Origin: Octopus sinensis | Taxonomy: Eukaryota | Assembly (NCBI RefSeq): GCF_006345805.1 | Contig: NC_043002.1 | Coordinates: 1-64,000, forward strand | Direction: 5' to 3' | DNA length: 64,000 nt | Shown here: positions 22,801-35,384 of the stretch, piece after piece | Position numbering within the stretch: the first letter of the stretch is position 1 | How the letters are laid out: each line of letters begins with the position of its first letter | Program-made: the position numbers and the translations under genes | Notes under the pieces: generated by a model | Databases searched by the model: none | What the model saw: the letters and a program-made list of their open reading frames with translations, nothing else | What the model was told of the DNA's origin: nothing

Positions 22801-23960
22801 TACAGCTGGAAAACTATTATAAAATAACCACCATAGGACTGCAAAAATATCTACTTCAGAAGGAAGGAAAACTGATACAAATAGTGGCAAAACATGAACA
22901 AAACAAAAAACTGTTTTCAGTATTTAAGGAAGCTGACAAATACAAACAAGAAATCATACCACCTAACAAATATGAAGAAGAAGAAGAAGAAGAAGATGAA
23001 GAAACAACAAAAGCTATAAAACAAATGAAATCCAAACTAAAACTAGAACAGCAAAGAACCATGATAAAACGATGGCAAGAAAAGCCCCTTCATGGTAAAT
23101 ACTGGACTAAACTAAATGCAAAAGAAATAGACAAAGAAAAATCCTAGCAATTGTTGAGAAGCTCAGGGCTCAAAGCAGTGACGGAGGGATTTTTAATTGC
23201 AGCACAAGACCAAAGCCTCCCCACCAGAAATTACCAAAAACATATAATGAAAAGAAATATAACAACTAACTGCAGAATATGTGGAGATGGACAAGAAACA
23301 ATAAATCATATTATCTCTAGCTGCCCAATCCTGGCTAAGAAGGAATATATTCACAGACATGATAGAGTTGGAACCTACATACACTGGAAGCTATGCCAAC
23401 ATTATGGAATAACAACAGAAAAAAGATGGTATAGGCACACACCAGAAAAGGTCACAGAAAACGAGAAAGCAACCATACTCTGGGATATGCCGATACACAC
23501 AGATAGAGAAATTAAGGCCAACAGACCAGATATAGTTTTCAGGGATCATGAAGAAAAAAATGCTTTCTAATTGATGTATCAATACCGGCAGATGACAACG
23601 TGTCTCTAAAAGAAATGGAGAAACTTTCAAAATACAAAGACCTGGAAATAGAGGTAACCAGAATGTGGAATCTAAAAACAGAAACAATTCCTATCATAGT
23701 AGGTGCATTAGGCATGATAAAATATTCAGACAAATACATAACAAAAACACCAGGACTTACAAACACATATAACATACAGAAAATTGCACTACTAGGCACT
23801 GCACACATCCTATGCAAAACACTTTCAATACAGTAACCATCAGAGCATCACAACAAATCACAGCACATACCCAAGGCACACAGAACTGCGTTCGGTAGTG
23901 AAGTGAAAGCACGCTATAAAAATAAAACTACTGAATAATAATAATAATAATAATAATGAT
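19882..23960 (+). mobile_element. Apparently full-length R4/Dong-like non-LTR retrotransposon (RT + CCHC + RLE endonuclease), disrupted
   Basis: WIDYRKAF, GIFQGDTLSP, YMDDLK, CRICG..HIISSC and RPDIV..LIDVSIP motifs across broken ORFs 20270-23836. (TAA)n on both flanks. Confidence 0.92.
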
Positions 23961-24958
23961 ATATACAATCCCCTTAAGTATGAAATAGCCTGGCTTTGAT
24001 TAATTTAGAAGGTGAAGATAGTGCCTATTATTGTTGGATCCTTGGGGACAGTATCAGAAGGGATATAAAGAGGAATATAAAGGAAATCTGAACAGAGTAC
24101 CCATGAGAACCGTTACAAAAGGTTTGCCTCCTTGGCACAGTCAGAATCGTTAGGAATATACTAGATATAGTATAGACAGCATGGTGCCATAGGCTGCAGG
24201 CAGAAAGCCCACTATGCATGCAATGCTCCAGGGTTTACAATAAAACTCAAGATAAAATGAACAAATAATAATAATAATAGTAATCAAGAGCACTATACTG
24301 GCAGCACAAGTCCATACTTTGGCCAGAAACTGGAGGGTCAACCTGAGGAATGAGCAAGTGTCTCTGCTGTGCCACATCTGCAATAGAATGGATGAAACCG
24401 TTGCCCACATCACAAACGAATGCCTTAGACTTACCCAAAACTACTACAAGTTGTGGTGACACAATCAGGTAGCGAAAGTGCTACATTGGAAACTGCAAAA
24501 AGTGGGGGGTAGAGAGAGGTGCTAAAGCATAATCTTTTCCACTGCCTAGTGGTGGTGGACAAGGTGCACCACATGTGCTGTATAGCTGATATTGCATACA
24601 CCTTTGACTCACCAATAGCCAAGAAGGAAGGCAAAAGATAGACAATTACAACCCTCTTCAGTACAAAATAGTCTGACTATGGAAAATGAAGAAGGTGAAG
24701 ATAGTGCCAGTTATTGTTGGGTCTTTGGGAACAGTATCAGAAGGCATCAAAAGGAATATAAAGAAAATTAGGAGAGAGTTCCCAGTGGAACTGTTACAAA
24801 GGATCTGCTCCCTTGGCACTGCCAGAATAATGAAGAAAGCATTGGATAGCTGAAAAGAACGAAGAACATGGTGCTGTAGGCTGCAGGTAGTAAGTCTGCT
24901 ACGCATGCAAGACTCCAGGAACTCCAACAAAACCTGTGATAAAGAGTAATAATAATAA
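23961..24958 (+). mobile_element. Two head-to-tail 3' fragments of a second R4/Dong-like family, each ending in (TAA)n
   Basis: Both contain aaggtgaagatagtgcc..ttattgttgg..tc.ttggg.acagtatcagaagg and the same 3' UTR. Tails at ~24265 and ~24950. Confidence 0.8.
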
Positions 24959-25330
24959 TGGTTTCAAATTTTGGCACAAGGCCAGCAGGTTTTTGGGCGG
25001 GCTAAACCAATTAAATCAACCCCAATGTTCAACTGGTACTTATTTTATCAACCGTGAAAGGGATGAAAGGCAAAGTCAACTCCTGTGGAATTTGAACTCA
25101 GAGCATAAAGATGAATGGAATTTTACTTAGCATTTTGCCTGGCATGCTAATGGTTCTGCCAGCTCACCAATGATAATCCTTTCTCCTGTTGGCAGAAAGC
25201 CTAAAATTAATTGAGGGAAAGGAGCCAGTCACTTATCTTGACCCCAGTGCGTAACTGGTACTCATTTTCTTTAATCTCTGAAAGGATGAAAGGCAAAGTT
25301 GACCTTGGCAGAATTTGAACTCAAAATGTA
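24959..25330 (-). mobile_element. Two Nin-domain tRNA-derived SINE copies
   Basis: Reverse complement of gcctttcatcc...gataaaataagtaccag plus the B-box gagttcaaattc, as in 35838-36068. Confidence 0.8.
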
Positions 25331-25339
25331 AAGATGGAT

Positions 25340-26285
25340 GTGATGCTGCTAAGTGTTTTGTCTGCTAATGCTGAAGGGTTTACCAAAAGTGGACTTGAGA
25401 GTGCTCGTGAATTCCAAACAAGAACAGCCAACGAGAGAGAAGAAACCCTACTCCGCATGGAATTACATGGTCAGTTCCACCGTGAAACCAACAAATTAAA
25501 AGACCAGGAAGCATCATGGAGGTGGCTTTACAAGGGTGACCTGAAAAAGAATACTGAAAGCCTAATCATCGCTGCCCAGGATCAGGCATTGAATACCAAC
25601 TCTGTGAAAAAGAGTATATACCACACAAGTGCAGAATGTGTGGGAAGAGGGTCATAAGAGTGACTCACACACATTGTTAGTGCTTGTGAAAGTCTTGCAC
25701 AGACATGACAAGATAGTCCAAAACCTCCACTGGCTACTTTGCTGTAAGTATGGATATGAGGTTACAGGTGCTTTGTACCAACATATACCGGAAAAGGTAA
25801 TGGACGAAAAGACTTTGACTTCCATACAGACAAGGTACTAGAGCACCGAAGGCCGGATGTAGTAACCTTTAGGAAGGAGAAACGAGTGCCCAATAATCTA
25901 TGTGGCAGTGCCAAGAGATCAACATAGCATCATGAAAGAAAGAGAAAAGGTTGATGAATATGGAGAGCTGAGAATTGAGATCGCTAAGATGTGGCTGCTA
26001 CGAGAGTCGGACATAAAGGTTATCCCTGTTGTAATCGGAGCATTGGGTTCAATACCACCCAAACTGAAAAACATTTGGAAAACCTTAGAAATACCCTACA
26101 ATCTAGATGTATTGCAAACGTCGACATTACTTGGAACTGCACACATATTGTGTAAAGTAGTGTCTGTCTGAGGTCCTTGTTGTGACTTGACAAAACAGTA
26201 CAAACCCCCGGTAGACACAATATCTTCAATCAACAACCTCAGAATATTGTATACTGTGGACGTCTATGATAATAATGACAACAGT
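25340..26285 (+). mobile_element. 3' fragment of a third R4/Dong-like family
   Basis: LHGQF, ESLIIAAQDQAL, RHD, RRPDVV and IPVVIGALG motifs. Confidence 0.85.
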
Positions 26286-26639
26286 AACTAGTAGGGTCTG
26301 TCAAAATTCTACAGTGTAAGTTAGCACATTTGGAAACATTGTTATATTAAATACAAGCAAGATATTTAAAAAAATTCTTTTGAAATCCTGCCATTTAATC
26401 AAACCTGTACTTCGAAATATAACTGAAATGAACTTAGAAGCTGTTTCTTATTTTCCTTCTTTTAATATCATTGACAGATCTGATGTGCTTTATAGTTTAA
26501 GGAAGTAAAAGATGAATTAAAATCATAAAACTTATTTGTGTGTGTATATATATATATATAAAGTAAAAACTACATTTTTCATTGTCCAAACCGCCACTGA
26601 GGCTCAGTCAAAATTATTTACCAAATGAGACTATTTTCC

Positions 26640-26870
26640 TTATCTTTTCATTTCAGTTCAGCTACATATCTACTTGTATATCTATTAATATATCAATCTG
26701 TCTGTATGCTCATCTACATATTTGTCTGTCTGTCTGTCTCTCTGTTATCTACCTATGATCTATCCATCTATCTATTTATCTATCTCTATCATTTATCTAT
26801 CTATCATTCTATCTGTCTGTCTATCTATCCATCTATCTATCATGTAGCTATCATCTATCCATCTACACGA
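26640..26870. repeat. Degenerate (ATCT/GTCT)n microsatellite
   Basis: Direct reading of the sequence. Confidence 0.85.
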
Positions 26871-26893
26871 AACCAAACTGCATCTCATCTAGG

Positions 26894-29800
26894 TGTAGTG
26901 AGTGCGCGATTTGAATATAGAGGCACCTACCTTCTCTTCGTAGTGACGGAGACCCACCAGTGATGACTAGTCCTTCCTCACAGCCCCGACCCGAACACTA
27001 ACGATAGCAGCTGCTAGCCCAAACCCTTAGCGACGTCCTCACACATCTTGTCACCTCCACGACCCACGTTGGAAAGGGCAATTTCCGCTCCCTGTGCACG
27101 CCTGACAGCTGACCCCTTCCGCTTGCCCCAGCTTCCGGTCAACGCACCCGGCTGCTGACGTCATCCCACACGCCACCCTGATCTTAAAGATCATGATCTC
27201 TCCGCTCCATGTTGTAGTCCACCATCCAACCGGGAGAGCGCCTTGCTCGTCGAGATCTTCTCAAGCTGGGCTCCTCGTTCTCCCCCTCTCCAGAATCATC
27301 GTCCGTCGAAGCAACAATCCTGCGAAGGTCCAAGACATGTCGTGGTGTTCTATCTACGGATACGTTGCTTCTGGAATTGATCGCCGTCACCGTTCCTCTG
27401 CTCCATTGAGATGTACAGCACGCCTTTGGTGGCTTGACCCAGACTTCCTCCCCTATTTTCACGCGAACGGGTCCCTTCTCTTCCTCGTGACCCTCCGGCA
27501 CTTTGCTCGGGTGCCTCCATTCATATTTGAACACAGCTCTCTGCGGCACAGATTCCTCAGCTTGTCTAGATCGGGGAGACAAGTTGTACCAAAAAACTGC
27601 TTCAAGCGGCAAAATGTGCCCGCTTTCCGCTATGGCCTTGACTGTCCGATGGTGCCTCTCCACGATCCCGTTACCGCTCGGCCTATACACTGCTCTGAAC
27701 AAGCGTCGCACATTCCACCGATCAAGCATAACCCTCAATGCTTCCGAACAAAACGCCACCCCGTTGTCCATCAGTAGTTCTTCCACGGGACCTCTCTCTA
27801 AAAATATCCCGTTCAGGATCTGCACGATCTCGTCAGCAATGCCCGATCTCAACTCCCTCCAAATGGCCAGCCGGCCCGGCCCACAGTCGACCATGGAGAG
27901 GTACATTCGCTGACGGTAGTGTGTCACATCCACAGCTAGCCTTTTCCAGTTCTGCTCCACGGAAAGGCTTCCCTGCTCATGCCCACACGGAGCAGGGTCG
28001 ATGGACTGACACCTGTCGCAGCTCCCAACCACCTTTCGGACGCTTCTCCTAGTGACGTCAGCATCAATTTTCTTTGCCAGATACAGGGTCCTGTCCACAC
28101 CCAGGTGATGCATAGCGTGCAGTTTCTTCAGTTCAGAGTCATCCAACCGACACGCCGCAGCTATCCCTTTCCAGGCCTCCTCCGGTTCTTCTAACCACGC
28201 TCTTTTCACCCTGGTCAGTACGTCCGCCCTGTTTTTCTCCGAAGGCACGAAAACCACGTTCAGCTTCAGTCCGAATTCGGCGATCAATTCACCTAGAACT
28301 CCTAGACGGCGCTTCACTAACATCTCCGCAGCACCTTTCGTCCGCACTCTCCTGTCACCGGTGATCACTGATCCTACCCAGCCAAGCACAGTGGCCGAAT
28401 CCGTCCGCATTTCAATCGTGCGCAGCCCCCATTTCAAGGCCAAGTTCACCCCTTTCAGCAGCGCGTCTAGTTCGGCGACATTGATGTGGTTGAAATCATC
28501 TGCTTTCCGAAGCCAGGCCGCGTCCTCCACCGCAGTGCCTTCGATTGCCAACACCACCCCTATCGCTATACTGCTAGCATCACACCAGATGGTCCCGCAT
28601 TTCGTCTTGGGCACGTACCAGTTCCCCCTGACCGGGTCTTCCGCTCTTGTCCTCTCTAGGATCTCCTGCATCATCGCCACCGTCCCTTCTCCCACCTTGT
28701 CGCCCCACCTCTCTCCTTCTGCTCGTCTCTTGGTGTAACTACACGCCGTGCGCAGCCATCCAGCGATCGGGTAGTGACCGACCAACTTCCCACACACCGA
28801 GAACAGCTCTCTCCTGCTGACGCTGGAACTCAGCTCTGGGATTTCATTTCCTCTCCGGAACACCAATTCACCTGATCCATCTCTTCGCAGCTTCAGCCCC
28901 AGCGCGGCTCCCCCTTCAATCGACTCCGGTGGCTTAGCAATCAGTCCAAACTTCTCCAGATGTCTAACTACCTCGTCGGCTGGCACTACAGTTTCATCCA
29001 CCAAAATGTCGTCAATGTAGGAGCTGGTGGGCTTTCTAATCTTGCCGTCTTTCCCTAGAACGGACCTAAGCACTGCCGCCATGATCTTCGGAGCGGAATT
29101 CAGCCCGAAACCCAGCCTGGTTAGACAGTACGTCCGGCCCTTGTACCGCACCAGCTGATATCGCCATAGTTTGTCGCTCACATGGAGCTGCAAGTATGCC
29201 GATCTCAAGTCGACAATCGTCGCTGCCTCAGTCGACTGTCTCCACTTACGTAATGCCTCACCACAAACGTCTGTCGCCTCACCTCCCGTGTGGCACGATA
29301 TGTGCTGGTTTAGCTCCCTGAAGTCCAGCACCGGTCTGACTTTTCCCTTCGTAGGCTGCACCACCGCCATCAGGGGTAGCACTCCGCCCGCTACCTCCTC
29401 CTTCCAAGGGACAAGGACCCCTTCCTCGATCCACCTCGTCTTCAAACTTGACCCTGGCGTGGCCTTTCAGGGTATGCTGGTAACAGCTCACCCTGTTCTC
29501 CAGTGTCGGGGGCTCGTCCTTCCATTTCCACTCTATCGTCCACCGCTGACCATCGAACGCCGCCTGAAAGTCTTTGTCCTCGATGGTGTAAGCGGCGCAG
29601 TCCCTCGCAGTGCATGATGCCCCCACACTTCCGAACGTGACCTCATTTCCCACAACACTGACGCCACCGAGGCAGTTGATGGCGTCCATCCCCATCACCA
29701 CATCAACTCCATCTATCACGTGTTCGGCCACAATTGCCTGCAGACTTAGCGTCGCGCCGCGCACCACTATCTCTACCTTGCTGCTGCCTCTGCAACGGAT

Positions 29801-30886
29801 TTCGCTGCCGGCGACCGCCCGGACACTACTCACCACGTTCCATTCCTTCGTCACGGGCAATGTGCCCTGTCTGCCTGCATCGATAGCAAACGGGCCCCGG
29901 CTGCATACAGTCCCGCACCATGTGCGGTCCCTGGCATCTAAAACACCGTCCTGAGAACGGCCGCTCTCGTTGCACGGTGAGCTTCTGTACCTCTTTCTCG
30001 GGACGTCGTCCGTCTTTACGCGCCTCTGTCACCGCCATCGCTATCGCCTTCTGCCCAGAGTGTCTCGTCAACTCGTGAGCCTGAGCTACAAGTTCGCTCA
30101 ATGGCATCTTTTTAACCCCGGGCAGTCGTTGTAGGTGAATCCCTACATTGTCGGGGAACCCATTCACGAACGCCAGTCGGGCTGCTCTCTCCAGTCCTTC
30201 TCCGGCAAACCCGGCCAGAGTCGCTAGCCTTCTAGCTTCTGATGCAAAGACGTCCACTTGGCCTCCCGTCCACCTGATTACACCTAGCTTAGCGAAAGCT
30301 GTGTACTCGCATTCCGTGTAGGCGTCACGCAAGCGTCGCTCTATATTCTCCTCGCTGAGCCGTTCCTCTTCATCCATCTCTAGGTAGAGCGTCAACATGC
30401 TCCCTTCCAAATACAGCGCCATAAGACTCGCCACGTCGCTTATGCCCTGCAATCTCGCCACCAGCCTGATTTTGCGAATCCAGGCCACTACATCGCCTTC
30501 GCCACTAAAAGGTCTGACGACGTCACTGGCGATCCTAATTTTTGCAGACATCGTGTTGGAAAAAATGTGAATGCTTAAGAACGGCCGAAATAGCTTGTAG
30601 TGAGTGCGCGATTTGAATATAGAGGCACCTACCTTCTCTTCTTAGTGACAGAGACCCACCAGTGATGACTAGTCCTTCCTCACAGCCCCGACCCGAACAC
30701 TAACGATAGCAGCTGCTAGCCCAAACCCTTAGCGACGTCCTCACACGTCTTGTCACCTCCACGACCCACGTTGGAAAGGGCAATTCCCGCTCCCTGCGCA
30801 CGCTTGACAGCTGACCCCTTCCGCTTGCCCCAGCTTCCGGTCAACGCACCCGGCTGCTGACGTCCAGCTGCTGACGTCATCCCACA
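26894..30886 (-). mobile_element. Young Gypsy-type LTR retrotransposon (gag-[deleted PR]-RT-RNaseH-IN)
   Basis: TG..CA LTRs at 26894-27170 and 30596-30886 differ by 6 substitutions and a 14-bp duplication. 5-bp TSD CTAGG (26889-26893 / 30887-30891). gag 29826..30551 has CCHC knuckles. pol 27184..29445 has YIDD, DAS, HHLG/CDRC and DVT..DNG..E motifs. Confidence 0.97.
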
Positions 30887-31785
30887 CTAGGCTAATTCTC
30901 TTCCTAATTAATTAAGCTATGACTTTTGCTATAACTTTTATGACTTCTCTACTTCTGTACTCTGTAATTACATAAACAGTAAAATATCCAGAAAACACAA
31001 GCAGTGACGATGTAAACGATAGAAACAAAGCTGTAGAATCCATGAAGTGTGGAATTCTGTCAGTTATTTCTACAGACATTCTTTAGAAATTAGAGTTAGC
31101 GCTGATTTTTTGCTACAACATTTCGTATTGAGACATCAAGGTAAACAAACAGTGAGATCAAAGATAAAAATAGGTAATGAGTATGTATAGGCCATATTTT
31201 GGTGGGTGGTTCTTGCCCCTTCATCAGGACCCATCTAACCTATTCTCACCTCCAAACACATTGCTTATATTGCCATCACATACAGTGGTGTTAAGTTATT
31301 GGATATACAAATTTACATATTAAAATCATTCCTGGAGCTGGTATGTAAGCATTAAGGACTTGTAGGTACATGACATTTCATTATGCAACCATGGTATAAA
31401 GTATATTAAATGTTTTTATAAGTGAACACCATGTTCTGCTGTGTTAGCAGAGCATTTTACATTATTTTGTTAAGGTTATTTCTACAGCTATTCTATAGAA
31501 TAAAGAGAAAGGGTGTAGAATATATAAAAATAAAGGGTGTAGAATATAGAAGCATAAAGAGTACAGAATATATTGGCATAAATGGTATAGAATTTATAGA
31601 CTCATTGGGTATAGAATAATAAGCATAAAGGGCTTGGAATAAACTGACAACAGCCATTGCACTGTAAATCAAAATGGCTAAATATTGTATCTGGTCTCTT
31701 TTCTTGTCTTCTCTCCCACCTAAACTCTTTCCATTATCTTTGTTTCATTACTCTTATTAACATTTTCACTTTATTTATTTTATAG

Positions 31786-31908
31786 ATGTTGATGAGTGTT
31801 TACAAATGAATTATCCTTGTTCAAATTTGGCTACTTGCAAAAATACAGTTGGAAAATTTGTTTGTACGTGTTCTGATGGATTCAAGGGAAACGGGTCACA
31901 TTGTACAG
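31786..31908 (+). CDS. Host gene exon: Ca-binding EGF domain (DVDECLQMNYPCSNLATCKNTVGKFVCTCSDGFKGNGSHCT)
   Basis: tatag acceptor, gtaact donor, 123 bp, phase 1-1. Not reported in this frame by the ORF track. Confidence 0.93.
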
Positions 31909-32269
31909 GTAACTACTGTTTCTTTTTTTAGATATTTTCTTCCAACTGGCTCTGCCAGAATTCCTTCTATTGTATCTGCATTAAATGTATTTATTTGTAG
32001 GTGTGTCATTGTTCGAGAGATTAGGGTTGCTAATATTGACTAGTTACCAAGTTTACTGATGGCGCACTTCTGCAGTTGGCATGAAGGGGCTCTTTGGAAC
32101 TTATTAGTACTGATGCCATGACAAATGCACCCAGTAGACTCTGTAAATTAGTTGGGTGTTAGAAAGGGTGTCTGGTTGTAGGAATCCTGCCAAAAATGAG
32201 ACATGAGAATAATGCTCGACCATCCAACTCCTTCATCCCTGTTGAATCATTCCATTCATGGAAAATGGA

Positions 32270-33010
32270 AATTGTGATGAAGATGATGGGCATCATCATC
32301 ATCATCATTATCATGGTCATTATCATTTTCTTGATGGAATGGTTTGGACAGTTTGGCAGGAGCTGGCAAGGCTTGGAGCCACACTAGATTCCATTATTTC
32401 GACATGGTTCCTGCATGTGGATGCCCTTCCTGATGCCAATCTCTTTACATAGCTTACTGGGGGCTTTTTATGCAGCAGTGCTTTTTACATGGCACCAGCA
32501 CTGGTAGGGGTCACCAAATGTCCAGGGTGATCCTTAGAAGTAGTAGACAGCTTCTGTTACCTAGGTAGATTAGTAATGGAGGATGGCAAGGGACCAAAAC
32601 GTCTGGCAATTTGTTGTGCTTGAGATGGGGCCATCCTTACGTAGAGGCAGGCCCTTCACATGCATCAGCCCAGCTTACAAACTCATGCAGTCTCTCCTTT
32701 GTCAAACTCACTCATGATCACTGCAGACCCCTCCACTTTCCCTCAAATCATTTTACACATGTCACCGGCACAGGTGCCAGTAAGGTGATGTTGGTAACGA
32801 TCACACTCGAATGGTGCCCTTTTACGTGCCACGGCACGGGGGCCAGTCAGGCGGTTCTGGCAATGACCTCGCTCAAATCATTTTACACATGTCACCGGCA
32901 CAGGTGCCAGTAAGGTGACGTTGGTAACGATCACGCTCGAATGGTGCCCTTTTACGTGCCACCGGCACGTGGGCCAGTCATGTGGCACTGGCAATGACCT
33001 CGCTCATGTG
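32270..33010 (-). mobile_element. Decayed RTE tail/RT fragments with ~45-bp internal repeats
   Basis: ggatgcccttcctgatgccaa and gaagtagtagacagcttctgttacctagg match the RTE family. Confidence 0.7.
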
Positions 33011-33082
33011 TGACTACAAATAATTTTCATATCTGTCTGTTTATTTTGTTTTATTTTTATTTATTGATTTTTATCTTTTCAG

Positions 33083-33205
33083 ATATTGATGAATGTTCCG
33101 ATCAGACAGATACATGCTCAGAATTTGCTAACTGCATCGATAATTTTGGTGGATACAGTTGTGCCTGCAACGATGGCTTTGTAGGGGACGGCTTCAAGTG
33201 TTTAG
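33083..33205 (+). CDS. Host gene exon: Ca-binding EGF domain (DIDECSDQTDTCSEFANCIDNFGGYSCACNDGFVGDGFKCL)
   Basis: tttcag acceptor, gttagt donor, 123 bp, phase 1-1. Confidence 0.93.
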
Positions 33206-33469
33206 GTTAGTATCATTGGATTTATTTTCAAAATGTGCCGAGTCAGATATGAACAATATTTAAATGGATGATAAAAGTTTATTAGAGTAAAAGGTCAACA
33301 GAAAAAAAACTGAAAAGGAAAGAGTCTGTAAGACATCAGTAAAAAGTATTGAACTATTCTGCTGTCATAATGAATAGTAAGACTTAATCAAAGAAATCTA
33401 TGCTGCTATTTAATAAATTCCCTAATTTGTCATTGTACTTTTTTTTCCTTTTTTCAATGTACCATCATC

Positions 33470-33720
33470 ATCATCATCATCATCCTCCTTTAATGTCTGT
33501 TTTTCCATGTTGGCATGGGTTGGACAGTTTGACTGAGGGCTGGCAAACCAGGAGGCTGCACCAGGCTCCACTCTGATCTGGAAAGTTTCTACGGCTGGAT
33601 GCCCTTCCTAATGCCAACCACTCCGAGAGTGTAGTTGGTGCTTTTCACGTTCCACCGGCACGGGGGCTTTTTACGTGCCACCAGCACAGGAGCCAGTTAG
33701 GTGGTGCCAGCATCGACTAT
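33470..33720 (-). mobile_element. RTE 3'-tail fragment
   Basis: Same tail consensus as 11054-11220. Confidence 0.8.
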
Positions 33721-34003
33721 GCTCAAATGGTGCTTTTTACGTAACACATATTTTTAAAGAACATTTTTGGGGACAGTGTGCTGGAAATTCTTCTGCTGAT
33801 ATTTCCAATCAGATTCTTATAATTAGTGGAAACTCAGAATTTCTGTGGATGTACAACTTTGTACCCAGGAATTTGACTGAGCACAGGATGTATGAAATAA
33901 ACAATTCAAATACCCCAGTGTATGTGTGCATAGCTTCTATAACAGGTCATGTCTCATCGGCATGTGGTTGACACGAAAGTTTTATATAAATATGGAGAAT
34001 ATA

Positions 34004-34896
34004 TGAGGTTTCATCAAAAAGAATCTGGACTATTGCCATAGTAATGAAGCTAAAACATTCAGTGTGAAGCTGCTTGGCAAAGAACACTGGCCTCGAACAC
34101 TGCTGTGCATGCACACTAAGTTTTAACATTCTAGTTCACTTCCACTGTTTGGAAGGAAGGTGTGTAGCGTGTGATCATTGCATTGACCATAACAGAGAAA
34201 GTTGTCATGGCGATACCAGCTCAGAGGCCAACACAAAGTTGCAGAAAGTGTATGGAGGGGAGTGTAATGGCTGCACACACAAATGTACGAGTGGTTCAAA
34301 TGTGGTTCAAGATGGCTTCAAAGAATGTCGATATTGACAAACGTTCTGAGAGACCTGCAACCAGCAGAACTGAGGAAAACATCAGAGATGTGTATGATGC
34401 AGCAGGGAGGGGGGAATTGTCATATCACCATCCGTGAGTTATCAGAGGATGTGCAGACTAGTTAGGGTTCAGTTCAGTCCATTGAAAGGTTTGAGTATGA
34501 GACGCGTGTCTGCCAAGTTTGTGCCAAAACTGCTTTCAGCTGACCAAAAGGACACTTGGATTTCAGCTGTACAAGATCTTGATTGTGTTGAGATCGATGA
34601 AAACTTTTTGGAAACTTTGCATAGGCCTCTGAGCTGGTATCACTAAGCTTTTGACAAAATTTTATGCAGATTCTCTGCTCAACTTTCTCTATCATGGTCA
34701 GTGTGATGATCACATGCTACACACCTTCCTTCCAAGCACTGCTGTAAACGGAGCTAACATTCTGTGAGCTAGCATGTTAAAATTTAGTGCACATGCACAG
34801 CATAGTACACGGTCAATCTGTGCCAAGCAGCCTCACTTTGTGTGCTTTAGCTTCGTTACTATGGCAACACTCTGGACACTTATTGATCAGACCACA
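34004..34896. mobile_element. Tc1/mariner-derived foldback element (two left ends in inverted orientation)
   Basis: TA flanks and TIR-like tgaggtttcatcaaaaag / tgtggtctgatcaataag. Mariner N-terminal motifs (EQRICIKFC, YEWFK, RELSE, MRRVSAKFVPKLLS) occur on both strands. Confidence 0.75.
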
Positions 34897-34956
34897 TATA
34901 ACACATTTGAATTTTTTTCTGAACTCTCATGTTACTTTTGTGATTTTATTTCATAG

Positions 34957-35072
34957 AAAAACCAATGGTTGATTATAAAACTGAAGTTCCGGTGAAACAG
35001 AATGAGTTGTATGGACCTTATTTCATAAACCTAAAAATTACAGTTTTTAATCTTATCTATCAGAATATTTAT
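34957..35072 (+). CDS. Host gene exon: start of NIDO region (EKPMVDYKTEVPVKQNELYGPYFINLKITVFNLIYQNIY)
   Basis: tcatag acceptor, gtgagt donor, 116 bp, phase 1-0. Links the EGF exon to the NIDO exon in frame. Confidence 0.8.
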
Positions 35073-35384
35073 GTGAGTTACAATTTGATTTTTATCCACA
35101 CATATTGATTACTATATTTTAGTAAGCATAAATATTTCTTGTTTGCTTTTTATACAAGACATAACAAATCAGATGTAGTCTTTTTTTATCTTAGCCTTTA
35201 TGTAAACACAGTAGAATAAGTTAATATCATTAACAGAAATCTGATGAATGGAAAGACATTTTAAGTTTGAAAATCTCTTAAAAACCACAACTACATACTA
35301 CCTCATCTTTCTTTCGTCTCTTTATTGCCATTTCCTCCTATTTACATTTTTCATTGTTACTTTGACTCTTTTTTATTATTGTTA

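Noticed and set aside
30960-31145. Possible extra host exon ending caag|gtaaac
   Set aside because: Phase-1 entry gives stop codons, there is no recognisable domain, and the flanking EGF exons already join in frame.
31505-31640. Degenerate ~24-bp repeat (aagggtgtagaatata..) with ORF 31422..31619
   Set aside because: It is too degenerate and lacks splice or domain support; probably an old minisatellite.
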